This document shows positions 62,946-64,000 of a DNA stretch of 64,000 nt, piece by piece. The stretch is from a bacterium (lineage in GTDB: Bacteria > Electryoneota > JAOADG01): positions 192,001 to 256,000 of the forward strand of contig OY820579.1 of assembly GCA_963681965.1 (NCBI GenBank), written 5' to 3'. The notes beneath the pieces are model-generated. The model did not search any database, was not told where the DNA came from, and saw only the letters and a list, made by a program, of their open reading frames with translations. Each line of letters starts with the position of its first letter. The first letter of the stretch is position 1. The position numbers were made by a program, and so were the translations under genes.

Positions 62946-63911
62946 ATGAGTAACTGGTTAGATGAATTAATGGAAGATCATGTACGCATCGAACGCGCAT
63001 TGGTCATGATCGATCGACAATTGAACCAAACCGAACATTTCGATGCCGCAACTGTCGGTGCCTTGCTGGAATTTCTATACGAGTATGGCGAGCGCTACCA
63101 CAATCAAAAAGAAGAGCAAGTTCTATTTCCGACACTCGGTTCACGCGGACTACCACTACAAGGTGGACCAATCGCGGTAATGCTGTCCGAACATGATGCC
63201 GAGCGAAATCACCTGCAAGCACTTCTTCCGGTAACGACGAATATTAAGGAAGGTCACGGGGAAGCAACAGATGAGTATCGCGATCAATTGCGTCAGTACA
63301 TCGCTTTAACGAAAGACCATATCTGGAAAGAGAACGATATTCTATATCCGATGGGAAGGCGAGTTTTAACCCCGGAAGATACTGAAGCGATCGTTGCTAA
63401 GTTCCGCGAATTAGATTCGAACTTACCGTATCAGGGGGTTGGATTCGTGGAACGATGGGAAAGTTTGTTAGAAGCAGTGGAACATGCCAGTGGTGGTCGG
63501 GTGGACTTACTCGCGTCACTCAATACCGATACCATTCGTTCAATGCTTGATGCACTACCTGTTGAATTAACCTTTATCGATCACGATGACACCGTTCGGT
63601 ACTTCAATAAGGTTTATGAAAAGAAGGTATTTCCTCGAACACTCTCAGTTGTCGGTCGAAAAGTACAACAGTGTCACCCACCGAAATCGGTTCACTTGGT
63701 CAATCGCATCCTCGGTGAGATGAAAGTAGACAAACGCGATTCAGCGGCGTTTTGGATTCCCTTCGGTGAACACCGCGAAATGCTTTTACACATCAGTTAC
63801 TATGCCGTACGCGATCCGGAACGAAAGTATCTTGGGTGTATTGAAATGACCCATGATATTGCCCCTTATCGCGCATTGGATGGTGAATCCCGAACTTTGG
63901 GTAATATGTAA
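62946..63911 (+). CDS. Hemerythrin-domain plus PAS_10-domain protein
   Basis: H...HNQKEEQVLFP, EH and HIWKENDILYP; LPVELTFID...YFN...GRKVQQCHPPKS. Confidence 0.88.
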   Translation: MSNWLDELMEDHVRIERALVMIDRQLNQTEHFDAATVGALLEFLYEYGERYHNQKEEQVLFPTLGSRGLPLQGGPIAVMLSEHDAERNHLQALLPVTTNIKEGHGEATDEYRDQLRQYIALTKDHIWKENDILYPMGRRVLTPEDTEAIVAKFRELDSNLPYQGVGFVERWESLLEAVEHASGGRVDLLASLNTDTIRSMLDALPVELTFIDHDDTVRYFNKVYEKKVFPRTLSVVGRKVQQCHPPKSVHLVNRILGEMKVDKRDSAAFWIPFGEHREMLLHISYYAVRDPERKYLGCIEMTHDIAPYRALDGESRTLGNM

Positions 63912-64000
63912 AATAATTGTCATTACAATGTCTCTAGGAAGCCAACAGTAACCTATTGTTACTTGTTGGCTTTATTTTCTTATGTGATTATTATTATTAA

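Overview
Bacterial chromosomal segment of roughly 45-50% GC. It most likely comes from a Gram-negative FCB-superphylum lineage (inference from five proteins with a YPNPFN...KxxLLK-type C-terminal secretion domain, a DUF4835/PorD-like gene and a long-insert SecA). Most of the window is housekeeping and metabolic: hflX, methionine gamma-lyase, topA, secA, nusB, acyl-CoA dehydrogenase, hbd, ppc, thymidine phosphorylase, an Rrf2-iscS-iscA operon, envelope genes, and a nitrite/NO module (nrfHA, Crp/Fnr, ric, hemerythrin-PAS) with FNR-type boxes. The most striking locus is 12.0-15.8 kb. There about 20 palindromic repeats of at least 7 different REP-like families crowd both flanks of one secreted SBBP beta-propeller gene. 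Several are inserted in frame inside its coding sequence, the flanks share an inverted ~70-nt block, and the gene's propeller core is visibly AT-richer than its ends. Other highlights are an HflX with a 35 x 9-aa RR(D/E)FGDRPP tail, an IscS-like protein lacking the PLP lysine, a CxxCH-type NrfA and several apparent pseudo-enzymes. I recognised no tRNA, rRNA, CRISPR array, transposase or integrase. All calls come from reading motifs by eye; no database searches were run.
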